The notes under the pieces: generated by a model
What the model saw: only the letters and a program-made list of their open reading frames with translations
Databases searched by the model: none
Told to the model about the DNA's origin: nothing
Translations under genes and position numbers: made by a program
Part shown: one piece after another, positions 15,690 through 29,191 of the stretch
Layout of the letters: each line of letters begins with the position of its first letter
Position numbering within the stretch: position 1 is the stretch's first letter
Assembly (NCBI RefSeq): GCF_009914755.1
Contig: NC_060925.1
Origin: the human T2T-CHM13v2.0 reference genome, Homo sapiens
Length of the DNA stretch: 64,000 nucleotides
Direction: 5' to 3' (one strand)

Positions 15690-18440
15690 CGTATTGTTTT
15701 ATTTTAATGTGATTTCAAACCTATAGAAATTTGCAATAGTACAATAAACTCCCATAAATCCTTTACTTAGATTCAACAACTGTGTACAGTTTGCCCCATT
15801 TGCTTTATCATATTTTATCTACCTTTATATGCAGTTTTTCCTGAGTCATTTGAGAATAAGTTGGAAACATTGTGACCCTCTATCCCTAAATCCTTCTGTG
15901 AGTACCTTAAGAATATGATAACTTTCTCTTACATAACCATAGTAAAATTATTAAAATGAAAATTTTAATATTTTTGTAATTAGATAATGGCCTAACCCAT
16001 AATCCACATTCAGAATTTGTCAGTTGTCCCAATAATGTCTTTCATAACTGTTTTTCCCCAGTTCATGATACAATCCAAAATCATGCATTGCTTTAAATTG
16101 TCTGTCATTAGTCTCTTTGAAACTGAACAATTCCATGATCTTTCTTTGTCCTGATCCTGACATTTTTGAAGCAAGGAGGATGGTTATTTTGTAGAACTTT
16201 TTTTTTTTTTATTGGGAGGGGGTACCAGTCTGATTTTGCTCATGATTAGATGTAGGCTATGCATTTTTTTTGCAGGAATGACACACAAATGATGTTGTAT
16301 CCCTCACTGTTCATCAATCATATCAGGAGGCAAATAATGTCAGTTTGTTCCAGTATTGCCATTTAGTCACTTGCTCATTGATTGATTGATTCATTCATTC
16401 TCTTCAATGTATTTACTCCTTTCCTCAAGCCAATAATACACAGAAAGTGGTTTCTGACTGGCTAATCTATAACACTGATTAAGCAAATCTGCTAACTAGA
16501 TAGAGTTCAGTGTTGCTTTTAGTTTTCAAGGTAAAATCTAATTATGATGAAATGGTAAACCTTAAGGGAACATTTGGATGAGTTTTGAAAATACTTAAAC
16601 CCTCATAATCCAGATCCCTATCAAAGCTTAGAAAGTTTCCATCACCAAAAGCTTCCTGGTTCTCCTTTCTGGTTAATAATAATGCCATCTACCACTGAGA
16701 ACTGCTTTTCTGATATTTTTTTTCTATTATAGATTAGTTTGGTTTGGTTTAGAACTTTGTATAAATAGAATCATACAGTGTATACTCTAGTGTCTAGGGT
16801 CTTTTTTTGGCATAATATCTGTGAGATGCATCCTCATTGTTTTGTGAATGAGTAGTTCATTCTTTTTATGGCTGAGTAGTATTCCATTGTATGAAAACAC
16901 CACAATGTATTTAGACATTCTTTTGTGATGTACATTTGGGTCGTTTTATTTTATGACTATTATAAATAAAGCTGCTGTGAACATTTAGGTACAAGTATAT
17001 ATATTTTTAATTTCTCTTGAGTAAATACCTGTAAGTGGAATTGCTGGTTCATAGGGCAGATGTATGCTTAACTTTTTTTAAAAAACTGCAAACATGTTCC
17101 ATAGAAATTGTACCATTTTGTGCTCCCATTACCAATCATGAGAGTTCTGGTTACTCTACATCCTCACCAGCATGTGGTTTTATCAGCCTTTTAAGTGTGA
17201 GCCATTCTAGTGGATGTGAGTAATATCTCATTATGGCTTTAATTTGCATTTCCCCAATTACTAATGAGATTGTTATCAGTGGTGGGTATCTGAGTTACTG
17301 GTGGTGCACCCATACAGGCCTGCAGCAACCTTAATTCTTGCCTCCTCAGAAGAAAGAATTTAGGGGCATAAGGCAGAAGAGGAGATCGAGGCAAGTTTTA
17401 GAGCAGGAGTGAAAGTTTATTAAAAAGCTTTAGAGCAACAATGAAAAGGAAGTAAAATACACTTGGAAGAGGGCCAAGTGGACATCTTGGAGGACAGATG
17501 TCTCCATTCGATCATGGACTTAGGGTTTTATATGTTGGCATGCTTCTGGGGTCTTGTGTCCCTTTCCCTTTGATTCTTCCCTTGGGGTAGGCTGCCCGCA
17601 TGCACAGGGGCCTGCTAGCACTTGGGAAGTGAGTGTGCGCAGTGTGTTTACTGGAGTTGTACACATGCTTACCTGAGGCGTTCTTCTCTTTACCGGTGGA
17701 ATGTCCTCAGAAGGTCATATACCAGTTAAACTCTGCCATTTTGCCTTTTGTGTGCATGCTTGAGCCCATTCACCCAGTTCCTGAGATCTTATCGGGAAGC
17801 TGCTGATCACCAGTTTCATGTGTTTCTATCTGTTGGGAAACTGCCTTTCCCTGGTGCTGGCTGCAACCAATTACTATTTTAGAGAGACAGTTAACAACTG
17901 CCTGACCATCACCTGGTGGTCACCTGACATGCCTGGTGGTCACCTGACATTCCTGGTGGGGTGGGCCCTCTCCTGTCCTGTTCATGTCTGACTAGATACC
18001 TACTGTAACAAGATTAATTCTTTTTTCATATGCTTGTTGGCCTTTAATATTTTTTTGTGTGCGTGAAGAGTTTGTTCAACTCTTACTGACTTTTTAAAAA
18101 ATTGGTTTTTCTTTTTACCAGTAAGGTATAGAAGTTCTTTGTATATTCTGGTATAAATTATTTGAAATGTTTGTATTGTGAATATTTTTTCTCATTTTGT
18201 GGCTTGCATGTTGATTTTCCTAATGATGTCTTCTATTGAACAGAAGTTGTTAAATTTATGAAATCATACTTATTACCATTTTCCTGTATTAGTTTTGCTT
18301 TCTGTGTCCTAAGAAATCTTTGCCTACCCTCAGGTCACAAAAATACTCACTCACAGTTTTTTTTTACAAGCTTTATAATTTTATACTCTACATTTAGGTC
18401 TTTTTTTCTCCTCACAGATTATTTTTTGTGAATGATGTGA
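15690..18440 (-). mobile_element. Old L1M (MC/ME-like) fragments, interrupted by an ERV1 LTR
   Basis: Degenerate antisense L1 3' motifs: agaatcatacagtg, ctgagtagtattccattgtatg, taatttgcatttccc, aagaaatctttgcctaccc. Confidence 0.7.
17271..18010 (-). mobile_element. ERV1 solo LTR (MER50-like)
   Basis: TG...CA termini with perfect 4-bp TSD agat; minus-strand start tgttacagtaggtatctagtcagacatgaacagg; ~20-bp tandem repeat near 17912-17958. Confidence 0.8.
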
Positions 18441-18927
18441 TGTGCCATAAATAGAGATTAGAACTTGATATTTATTGTTCCTTTCCTTGTGCAAATTCAC
18501 CATTCTAGGTTTTCTTTTAAATAAGGGGAAAATGTACAATTGTAAGATTCTCTAATTTGATATGTTTTTGAGAAAGCCAAATACTTCATTTCTTTAATAT
18601 ACAAATATGTAGATTTAGAGACTATATAAACAAATCAAAATGCAGTTATTGGTTGATGATAATAGTGATAAATAGAACATTGTAATATGTTTAAAGGAAT
18701 AGGTATGTTGGTTTTCGTTACGATTTCGACCATAATAAGAAAAAGACTTAGTGTGAGACCTGTTTTTCATTGTAAAACATTCTACAAATAAGTGGATAGT
18801 TTTTTTAGTTTGCCAGATGAAATCATTTTTAAAACAACTTGCAGAGTGACTTTGATTGCACTGTTATATCTGTTTTATTGGTAGTCTGAAGTCTGTGAGG
18901 CTTTCCATTTGAAACCCCTATTTTCAG

Positions 18928-19001
18928 GGGTTTATGAGCAGGCAGTTGAAAAGAACTTAACCAGCAAAAACTTGGCATTCATGATCTTGGTTCAGTATAA
19001 G
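18928..19001 (+). other. Candidate 74-nt (probably non-coding) exon upstream of the 200-aa ORF
   Basis: cccctattttcag| acceptor and AAG|gtactt donor in non-repetitive sequence; motif evidence only. Confidence 0.25.
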
Positions 19002-20011
19002 GTACTTGCTTTAACAAATTTTAAGTAGTCAGCTCTTTTTTAAAGTTGTAAGGAGCACAAAGAGGAATAAAGGAATTTCTTTGGTTAAACAGATAGGGAA
19101 TATTTTTCCAGCCAACTTATCCCAATTGGATTTATATAGCAAACTTTCTTCTTCCAGAAATTTTTTAAGTATGTACATTCCTATGTTCCAGTTGCCACAA
19201 GATCTTGCCTCAAGATTTTCCTTTTCCTTTGCTGTAGTTTATAGCAAATACCCTCTGCCTCTGCTCTTTTTCTTCCTATTTATGCTTTTTAAATTCTTCA
19301 TAGTGTAATATATTTACACTAAAAATGGTGTTGGCTTTCTTTTGGCTTTTTTCCTCCTCTTACAGTACCAGTTTGAATTTTACCTATTGGTTGAAAAACA
19401 ATATTAACTTTGAGAGATGTAGTATAAATAGCATTGATTTGCTTGAAATTAAACTTCTGAAATGCAGGCCATCAAAACTCTTCTGAAGAGTTGTCACTCC
19501 AAGACTAGGCAAGGTTTTTTTTCTTCTTCTGGAAAGTATCAATATCAGCTTGAGTAATTTGATTTTCTTCACAATCTGTTTTTAACTCGCTATCATTTGC
19601 ATGGTGAACACTTAACTACTACTGGTCCATAAAGGTGTTGGTGGGTTGTTGTTGTTTTTATTTCACTTAAAAAAATCATTTCCCGAAAGCCTATTACAGA
19701 AATGTAACCTACTGCAGGAAGTGAGGTGATCCTTTGGAAATCTTGACTTTGTCTCTACTCTGATGATACTTTGCTTCAGGCAAGAGGTTTTTAGGTGCTG
19801 CTGAAGTTTTTGAGATCTTGGAAAATGGCGTAATAACATGACACCAGCTCTTAAGCAGCAACATCTGCTGTGGTTCAAAGCCACACAAAGAAAGCTGCTT
19901 AAGCAGTCAAATGTTTTGGACTGCACAGACATGTGTGGTTCAACTGCAAAGACTGCAGAGTAGAGGAATCTTAAAGTTTAGAGAGACTGTTAAAGACTGG
20001 AGTCAGGGAAG

Positions 20012-20614
20012 ATGAGCATCTTTAAGAAACAAACATCACCTTGTCCTCCAAGCTATCGAAGATCTTTGTCAGAACCTGCTTATGCAGATTCAGAGATAGG
20101 AACAAGTTTAAAGAGTTATCCATGGTGTGGTCCAGTGAAAAGCAAGAGGAAGAAAAATGATTCTGCTGTTTCCAATCTGGGAAAGCCACTGGGTGCTTAT
20201 CGGTGGCAGAGACATCCGAGTTTTAGGTGGAAAGGGAACAAAAGGGAGAGATTGCAGAGTAATAAAGGAGACCTGGTTGAACGACAACAACAAAAGGTCA
20301 TCCTGCCAAAGATGGTTAGTAATAATGCTTCTTCCTCTGCTGATGAGGTCCTTGGAACATCAACAGAGAAGCCACACCTGGTCAACAGCCGATCACTTCG
20401 AGCACCATTCACCAGATCTGTTTCAGAACCAGAACCCCGCTGCAGTATCCCATTTGTTAGACTGTGGCCAACTTCACTTGGGTCAGTGGAGTCTGAGCAG
20501 CAGGGATATTTCATCCGTGGCATTTTCTCTACTCTTTCCAATGGCTTCTCCAGGATGCTGAATCTAAAAGGAGAATCAACCAATGAGCCAGTAAGAGAAG
20601 GTATATTGCAATGA
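20012..20614 (+). CDS. Candidate alternative first coding exon (~193-196 aa N-terminal extension) of an unidentified host gene; 200-aa ORF if unspliced
   Basis: Longest non-repeat ORF in the window; in-frame TAA at 19991; ggaagATGa (A at -3); donors CCA|gtaaga (after 20590) and AAG|gtatat (after 20600) just before the stop; two RSxSEP motifs; sharp drop to AT-rich sequence after 20640. Confidence 0.55.
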   Translation: MSIFKKQTSPCPPSYRRSLSEPAYADSEIGTSLKSYPWCGPVKSKRKKNDSAVSNLGKPLGAYRWQRHPSFRWKGNKRERLQSNKGDLVERQQQKVILPKMVSNNASSSADEVLGTSTEKPHLVNSRSLRAPFTRSVSEPEPRCSIPFVRLWPTSLGSVESEQQGYFIRGIFSTLSNGFSRMLNLKGESTNEPVREGILQ

Positions 20615-22313
20615 ATAAGGGGAAAAGAGGGATGGCTCAGATTTAGTTACTGTTGAAATTTTAATTATTTGTTTTATAATCAGGTGAAACATTTCATTTT
20701 CTCATTATAAAACAAATATATTTAATTAGCACAATTTTAAAAAAGTGATCATCACTGCTTCAGAAACCTTTTAATGACTTATAGTAATAGCAAGAAGTGA
20801 ATGGATTTGGTTAATTAAGGAATATTTTTATGTTGTTAATTCTTGAACTCAATTTTGGAGCACATGTGAAAAAATTATTTTTAATGCTCATTTGTCTCCA
20901 CTGATCTACTTTTCCAGGTTAAGTGCAATTTGGAGGGGAAAATATTCAAGTAATTTGTCATGACTGTTGAGAATTTAAAATGTATTTCTACTGTTATCTC
21001 TTCATAAACATTATTTTTAAATTAATGTTATTAGTGAGAAATGTAGAGCAGAATTACACTGATAGCTCTTAAAAAGTTGGGATTTTAATTTGCTTGTATC
21101 ATAAAATACTCCATTTGAATATGGAAGCCAAGCATGCAAATCTTGAATATTTGTTTAGATGACAAAATAGAAATTTGTGTTTGATTCATTTAAGACAATA
21201 GAATTGTCAAATTTTTAAAAATCTTATTTGGGACTTTTTAAAATTTAAAAATTATTTCATATTGATTATAGCATTGTTAAAGCCAAAAAGCCCACAGTGC
21301 TTAATTTTTTTAACTGATTGCCTTAAAAATGGTTGACCTTATCTGGTGAACAATTTTGGTTATGACTTGGGGCCTATGTTTTTTAAAAAACCTTAGCACT
21401 GGAAGCTTGGTAGTATCTTCATGACCAGCTGAGATCATTTTTTGAGAAGCTCTTACCATTAAGAAAATTTCAGCCTCTCATTATTAGGAGATTGAACGTA
21501 TCATCAAAGGTTTAAACCCTTTCTAAAACTGTGAGAATTGTTGAAGAATTTTGTTATTGAAATATAATTTAATTTATTTTAAAATAAAGTTGAAGAATGC
21601 TAATGAGATCATTTCAGTGAAAACTGAAGTAATTTTCCAAATTAATGTATGCCAAAAATTAAGTATTTTCTATAAACCCTGTCCTCCCTAGATGTTCCTT
21701 TGCTCAGTGAATTTTAGTGATACTCTTAAACATATATATTTTCTCCTTACTCTTGGCAAATAGATAATTACCTAGAGGAAAATCTTCCTCCTTGATGTGC
21801 CTCTATTAACATTCCATTAAAATTTTTGAAAGACTTGGTTGTTTCAGTTTCTTGGATACTTGTATGTCTGTTTCCTTGCCAGGTGATCATAAGGTGATCA
21901 AAGTAAAAGAATGTCAAAGGAAATTAAGAGTTTAAAATCTTACAATCAGTTCCTCTCAATGGTTAGCATGTGTGCATTTGATAAAAGAAGCAATACTTTA
22001 AATTTTTGCATTTATAATCATTTTTGGACTTTGATAGTGCACTTTCAGTTTTTAGCAAGTATACCAAGCTATTTTTGACTGTCTACAATGTGTGAGGTGC
22101 TGTGAGAAGGTGTCCCTGCATTTTACACATATATGGTCTACTTAAGGAAATATAAAATGTAATAATATGTATATGGAAGCACATACAGAGTTTAAGTTTA
22201 AGGTGCTATTTCAAGGAATTTCGATTCCAGTAACGAAAAAACAGTGCATAGTGTCCTACCAGTAACATAACAACATTTATAAAACAGTTACTCCGCTATC
22301 TCCTAAGTGCTTC

Positions 22314-22350
22314 GTGTGCGTGTGTGTGTGTGTGTGTCTGTGTGTGTGTA
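22314..22350. repeat. (TG)n microsatellite
   Basis: Imperfect TG run. Confidence 0.9.
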
Positions 22351-23456
22351 TGGGTATGTATGTGCAAGTGAGGGGGGATTAAGCTCTTAAGACTGAAATG
22401 TACTGTTTATTATAAAGACCGGATCAAGTGCCTGTGCAGAGGTCTCCTTTTCTCTTTTGGCAGTAACTTCTTTCTGGCCTAGTGTCTACATCAGTGGTTT
22501 TCTAACCTTTTGCAGTTGTGAGCCTTTCTTCATCCCTTATTTCCCACAAGCAAAAGACTACCAAATAACTGACTAGTTTGATTTTCTTATCTAAGAGAAA
22601 GTAATTAAAGTTGAATTCACTGAGTTAGCAAATTAAGTGAATTTATAGGCGAGAGCTAGTATCCTAATGAATAAAGTTTCTGAGGCAATTTATTTATTTA
22701 AAATCCAAATTATTTGGAAATAATTTTCCAAAAAAGATTATCTAGTTGTTATCCTACTTTCTCCTGCCTACCAGTATTTTTTTAATGCTCATTTTCCAGA
22801 TACTGGAATTGGAAAGCTATTGATTACCAAACCTTCAGATAACCAGAAGATAGTCTCTTTTGTTCAGATATTAGGTGCAAAGGATCTGACCCAGTGTGGT
22901 CATGGTAGCTAATTGTTACATCAGCTATAAAGTTGTTGGTTTTTTAGATTATGCCTAATAATCTTGAGGGCTAAGCTACCCCAACCTATAATAGAATTTA
23001 TCTCTTCATAAGTATATACTATGATGGTCCTCGTAGAGGTATGATACTGTAATAACCATGTACCTGTCTCTCAGCTTTAGAATTTGCAGTTACACTTGGT
23101 TTCCAAAAATCAGAGATTCTGGATTTTAAGAGCTTAGACTAGCCACTAAAAACCTGTAGAATGTCTAATAATCACCCCAAATTTTTACTAGTCAACCAAG
23201 TGTTATTTTTTATCCATGTGGCAACTGGGTCATTTCTTTGCTTCTCAAGCCTATAAAGATTAGTAATTCCTTGGTTTTCAGTTGCTCATTGTTTTCCAAG
23301 GAAGTCTTAAAAAACAAAGGAAAACAAAAAACAGAAAGGGTTTGCTTTAAGCATTATGATTGGTAGTTTATTTCACTGTTTAAAACTTTAGGGTATAACT
23401 TGCACAAAACACTAGGCTTCTCTAGCTTTTACTTATGAGCAAAACTTAATCTGTGA

Positions 23457-23783
<327 letters not shown>

Positions 23784-23789
23784 TCCCTG

Positions 23790-23960
23790 AGTACTTTAAA
23801 TGCATTTTATCTGGTTTAATCCTCCGAATAATCCTGCGAGGGAGTGTTATTCTCATTTTAAAAGTAAGGAATTAGAGCCTCAGAAAGTTTCAGTTACTTC
23901 TCCAAGACTACACAGCTAGTAAGTTGTGGGTCCTAGGTCTCTTATGATTCTGTGCTCCTC
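23790..23960 (-). mobile_element. MIR
   Basis: tttaatcctc...cattttaaaagtaaggaa...ccaagactacacagctagtaagt MIR core. Confidence 0.7.
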
Positions 23961-24349
23961 CATTTGGGGGCCCACTTTGAACACATGATGTTTGAGAGTT
24001 TTTCAGGAACTTGAGAGCATCGCTTCAAGCAGTATTGCGGAATAAAGGGGCAGGAGTTTAGCAGCAGAGGTTAGTTCCCATATGAGGATATACATTTGGA
24101 AGCCATCAGCCCATGGACATTGAAGCCACAGGAGTGGGTGAAATCACACAGGCTAGGGATATAGTGGGAGAGTAATGAGAATGTTGAGACTAGCATCCCA
24201 GCCTCAACACATCTGGACATCTTATTCCAGTCTAACCAGTGTCTGTTAACAGAGCCAGTGGTTTACGAGTATAGACTTGGAGTTTACCAATGTGGTGGTA
24301 ACTTTAATATTCTTACTTTTACATATACTTGCATACACACCTTATTTAT

Positions 24350-25150
24350 TTTTGTTTAACAGCTTTTTTGAGATATAACTTACATAACGTATTTCATCTA
24401 CTTAATACACACAATTCAATTACTTTTTTATTGTGATAGCATGCACATACCAAAAAATTTACCACTTTAACCATTTTTAGGTGTACAGTTCAGTGGCATA
24501 AGTAGCTTCACATTGTTGTTCAACCATCACCATCATCCATCTCCAGACTATTTTATCTTCACATACTGAAACTCTGTACCCATTAAACACTAACTCCCCA
24601 TTCTTGCCTCACCCTAGGCCCTGGTAACCACCATTCTACTTTCTGTCTCTATGAATTCGATTCCCAAGTACCTCATATAAGTGGAATCATAATATTCTTT
24701 TGTACAGTTTATTTTTAGTATTTTTACAAAGCTGTACAAGCACACCACAATTTTAGAACATTTTCATTACACCAAATACCTATTAGCAGGCAATTCCTGT
24801 TTACCCTTAAAGGTCCCATCCATCAGACCTAGGCAATCAGTAATATACTGTCTCTATAGATTTGCTTATAGATGCTATATAAATGGAATTTTACAATATG
24901 TGACATTTTGTGTCTAGCTTCTTTTACTTAGCATAATGGTTTCATGGCTCCTCCATGTTATAGCAGCAGTACTTTCTTTTTATCACTGACTTTCTATTGT
25001 ATGGATATACTATATTTCATTTATACATTCATCATTTGGTGGACATTTGGGTTGTTTCCACATTTGTGCTATTATTAATTATGCTACTATGAACATTCAT
25101 GAACAAATTTTTACGTGAACATATGTTTTCATTTCGCCTGGGCATTTACC
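24350..25150 (-). mobile_element. Old L1MB-like 3' ends, apparently two nested copies
   Basis: 3'UTR motifs occur twice: ccactttaaccatttttaggtgtacagttcagtggc...gtggaatcat, then agaacattttcattacacc...aatggaat. Confidence 0.75.
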
Positions 25151-28100
25151 CTTGTATTTTGCAAACAGTGTATTCTGCCTCCAGAATAATGATTTGGTGT
25201 TTTGTGACCTTAAGTCACATTAAATTTTCCATTTGTTATCTGAACATGTAATGGTGCTGCTACTTTATTATTGTTTTATATCCGTGTATTCATTCAGTAA
25301 AATATTTCTGTGTGTATGTGTGTATATACACACACACACACACACTTTGATCACCTCAAGTACCTATTAGCAATCACTATATATATATGTAAATAAAATT
25401 TTAGTCTTAGTCAAATACCTTCTGTAGTTAGTAATTTCCCACACCTCTGCTCAAAATATAAATATAGTTCAATGTGATCTAGAGTTTTCAACTGGTAGCT
25501 TGATTACAATGAACAGTATGATTTGTCTGCATTTCCAGGATGATTGTCATCCTGGAATGATTTATCTGCCTCAGGCAAGTTTTTATTTGGTTTCTCACAC
25601 TCAAGGCCAGTTTGTCTTTGTGAGGAAGCAAAGAGAAGAGTAAGATGAGTAATGACTCTGGATCTATGATTATGAAACCGTATCCTTATGAGTACACAGG
25701 TTCTTAGTGACTGAGCTTGAGTCAGTTAACCACAGGTATTTTTCCTGTCATTCTCATGTGGAATTTTCATTGAAATGTCTTAAAAAAATTTTGCCTCTAA
25801 TTTCTGGATTTAAGGATGATTACTTATTCACCTTTACAAAGTAGAAACCCTATTCTATCTATGTTTTTAGATTTTGTCACCAAAATGTCAAAATAGTTTG
25901 AATCTTAAGGGATATTGATTCATATAATTTAGCATAGTATATAACCATAACCTTGGTCAAACTAAAGAGTATTTTGAAAGCTATGTGTGTGGTTTGTTGT
26001 TCTGAAGTAAAGTGGTATCTGGTGGTTAGAACATAAGAGTTACTGTCAGCATTTGTGGGTTTTCTTCCCAGATCCAAGCTTTTTTAAAAGGAAAGTCAGA
26101 GTCCATGCCTGTTGTATGTTTAGTGCAATGGTTTACATACTGTAGATATATTGTAAATACTAGTGAAGATGTTATACAACTGGCAGAATAATATGCAATA
26201 AATCACTCACAATATGTGTAAAATAATGATAGTTGTCACTGGTACTTAGTGATTCTATTATTTAATAAATCTTTCTTTGAGAAAGGCATGATTACTGTTT
26301 CCAAGTAGTAGTGTGGTATTTTAAGCAACTTATAATAAACATTTTTAGTTCAAAGTGGTTAGACATTACTCTCTATCCAAGGGACTTTTGAGGACACTAC
26401 CTCATGGACACCATCCATATATCACAGTAGTACATGCCAGAATCTAAGAGTAAGGAATACGTTTAAGATTGTGTGATGATTCTAATATGTGGACACGTTA
26501 GGCACTGATACTCTAGTATTTAAGTTTTATTTACCTCTATCCTCTTGATGGCATCCTAAACCATGGTTCTTAAAGCTTGAGCTGGATGGAGGTGTTCTGC
26601 CCCTGAAATAAGGTAATAAAGGTATTTTCCTAGCTTATTAAAAACAGATGAATGGTATTTTTATTTAAAATTTTTATTTTATAAATTTTTTAACATTGTG
26701 GTGCCTTGCTATCCCTTAGCCTATAATAAAACATAAAATATTTGCCTTTACACAGATTTTTATACTTGATTATTTTGTCTTTAATATAAACTTTTGTAAT
26801 TACTTTTTGCCCTGTGATGTAACATTAGGGCATTGCTTTTCAAGCACAGTGTTTTATGAACATATGTTGTCCACAGTGAACAAGGTCAGTTGCTAGTGGA
26901 AATTATGGAGTTGCTGGCTTACTAATCCTCTCTAGCCTATTATTTCAATTTATTGGACTGTTAGTGATACCGCAGATATTGTTATTAGTCCCTAGATGTA
27001 GACAGTATTTCTTTGAATAATGCTTTCCTGTTCATAGAATTCTAGATGTATCATTTTGTTTAGCCAAAAGGAACTTAATACTTTCCTGTAAACCCTATCA
27101 CTTCAGATGTTAGTGTTTATTGTATTTCTTTACCAATAAAGAACATTCATTTAAACACAATAGGTCCATTTTCTTATTTTTATCCAGTTTTTTTTTCTTA
27201 GCCTTAGACTTTATTTTAAATACAAGAATATAAAGGGATGTTTTATCCAAAAGCAAATGGCATTGAAAAAAGACCACTTTAAATTATTTAAAGCAAGTGT
27301 CAAATTTTCATAGTAAATAATGTATACATGTGTTGCTGGAGAGGATATTGGGAATTTATCTTAAATGAAAATTTATGAAAATAAACTTTTTAGTCTTTTA
27401 AACAAAATTTACATTATAATTGTAACTATATACTAGTTATTAAAATAAAGTTATTAAGCTAATTATTAACAACTTTTTGTGGTATTTTTCCCTGAACAAA
27501 ATTGTGTGACTGCAAATCAATATCCTTCACTTCACATTTTACTTTGGAGAATTATTTTATTATAATGTTTTTTAGGAAAATTATTGGAAGATTTTGTTAG
27601 TTTTTAAGGTTCCTTTTTATTTCTATTATAATTATTTTATTTATACATATTTTTATTTTTATTCATGACTTTTTTATTGATTAGAAACATAAGCCCTCTG
27701 GTGTATCCTACTGTCACATTGTTCTAATTGACCAGTGTGGTTTTTAAATAAGAGTGCAGAATATAAAGTATGAGGTGGAATTTTGAGGAAAATGATTTAT
27801 AAATAAAATTTTAAAATAGGATGAATTTATGAATACACTTGAATATTTAGGTTTTGACATTTATGCTTCTTTCTGGTGTGCTATATAATTACAACTTAAA
27901 TACCCTAAATGAGTATTATTGATGTGATTCATATACTTGAGATAAGTACACAGAATGTTGAGTCACTGTATGAAAGAATGAAAGAATGAAGAGCTGTTTA
28001 TATACAGATATGGAAAGATCTCCAAGCTGTGTTAGGAAATAAGCTACAAAAGTACTATATGTTTCTTTTGGTTCTTTGTAATTTTCAATCTCTTTCACGT

Positions 28101-28739
28101 GTGTTGCTAGTATATTGTGGAGAAAGTAATAAGTTCACTTTATGTGTGAGGAGAAATACTTTAGGGGTACATATTAAATTTCCATGGGTAAGCTCTTTTC
28201 TCATCTTTTAAGGCAGCTGTGGATTTGGAAATGGAGAGTCAGTCTGAGAATCAAACTTGAATCCTCCACTGATCTGATATCTCTATCCATCTTTAATTTA
28301 ACTAGAATACATTGAGCCTTGATCATGAGCATCAGGATTAAATAACATTTACATAATACTTCACCTTCCTCTCTCAGAAATGGATGACCAAAGTATTGCA
28401 CTCAGAAGGGTGTGCAAAGGTGTGCAGATGACATACCAACTTATCAGTATATTATCTTGGACAAACTTACTCTTCATTTGGCTGTTAAATGCAGGAAATA
28501 ATAGTACAGATTAATTCTCCCCCTTCCACAAATACGTACATATATGCATGCAAAGAAGTGTATGCAGAGGCCATGGCTGTTGCTTAGTCTGGAAAGCTTT
28601 TTCAATCTGAAGGCTCTGTCTTCTCTTGCTATGGTGGTGTTTACCTCTAGCTCTCTCTTCAATTCAATTTTTTGCTCATGCAGGGAGCACTGGTCAGAGC
28701 ACAAGGATGGAGAACTGCTTTATTTCACCCTCAGGTTTG

Positions 28740-29138
28740 TTTCTTGATTTATTTATAGTATTTTTGAGTGTATCTCTTTGGGTAGTTTTCTTAGTGGTTG
28801 CTATAGGTATTACAGTATTCATATGTGACATCACAGTTTATTTTTATCAACATTTTACTACTCTGAGTAAATGTCAGGTAGTAAACTCTCCATTTACACC
28901 CTCTGCATTCCCCACTTTTAAGTATCATTGTCTTTGAATATTGGATGGTGTTCTAATTATTGCTTCAATTAGTATATATGGTTTATAAAACTCATGAGGA
29001 TACTTACACGTTCCCATATTTCTGCTTCCTTCCTGATACTCTTAATATTTTAGCATATCTTTTAACATATCTTTTCTCTTTGAAGAACTCCCTTTAGCCA
29101 TTCTTTATGCATAGGTCTGCTAATGACAATTTTTATAA

Positions 29139-29191
<53 letters not shown>

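Noticed and set aside
17912-17958. Short direct repeats as a CRISPR-like array
   Set aside because: Spacer-less ~20-bp tandem repeat inside an ERV LTR in eukaryotic DNA.
20157-20583. Overlapping 134-aa alternate-frame ORF and 128-aa antisense ORF
   Set aside because: Most simply shadows of the stop-poor, higher-GC main ORF; no recognisable motifs or exon logic.
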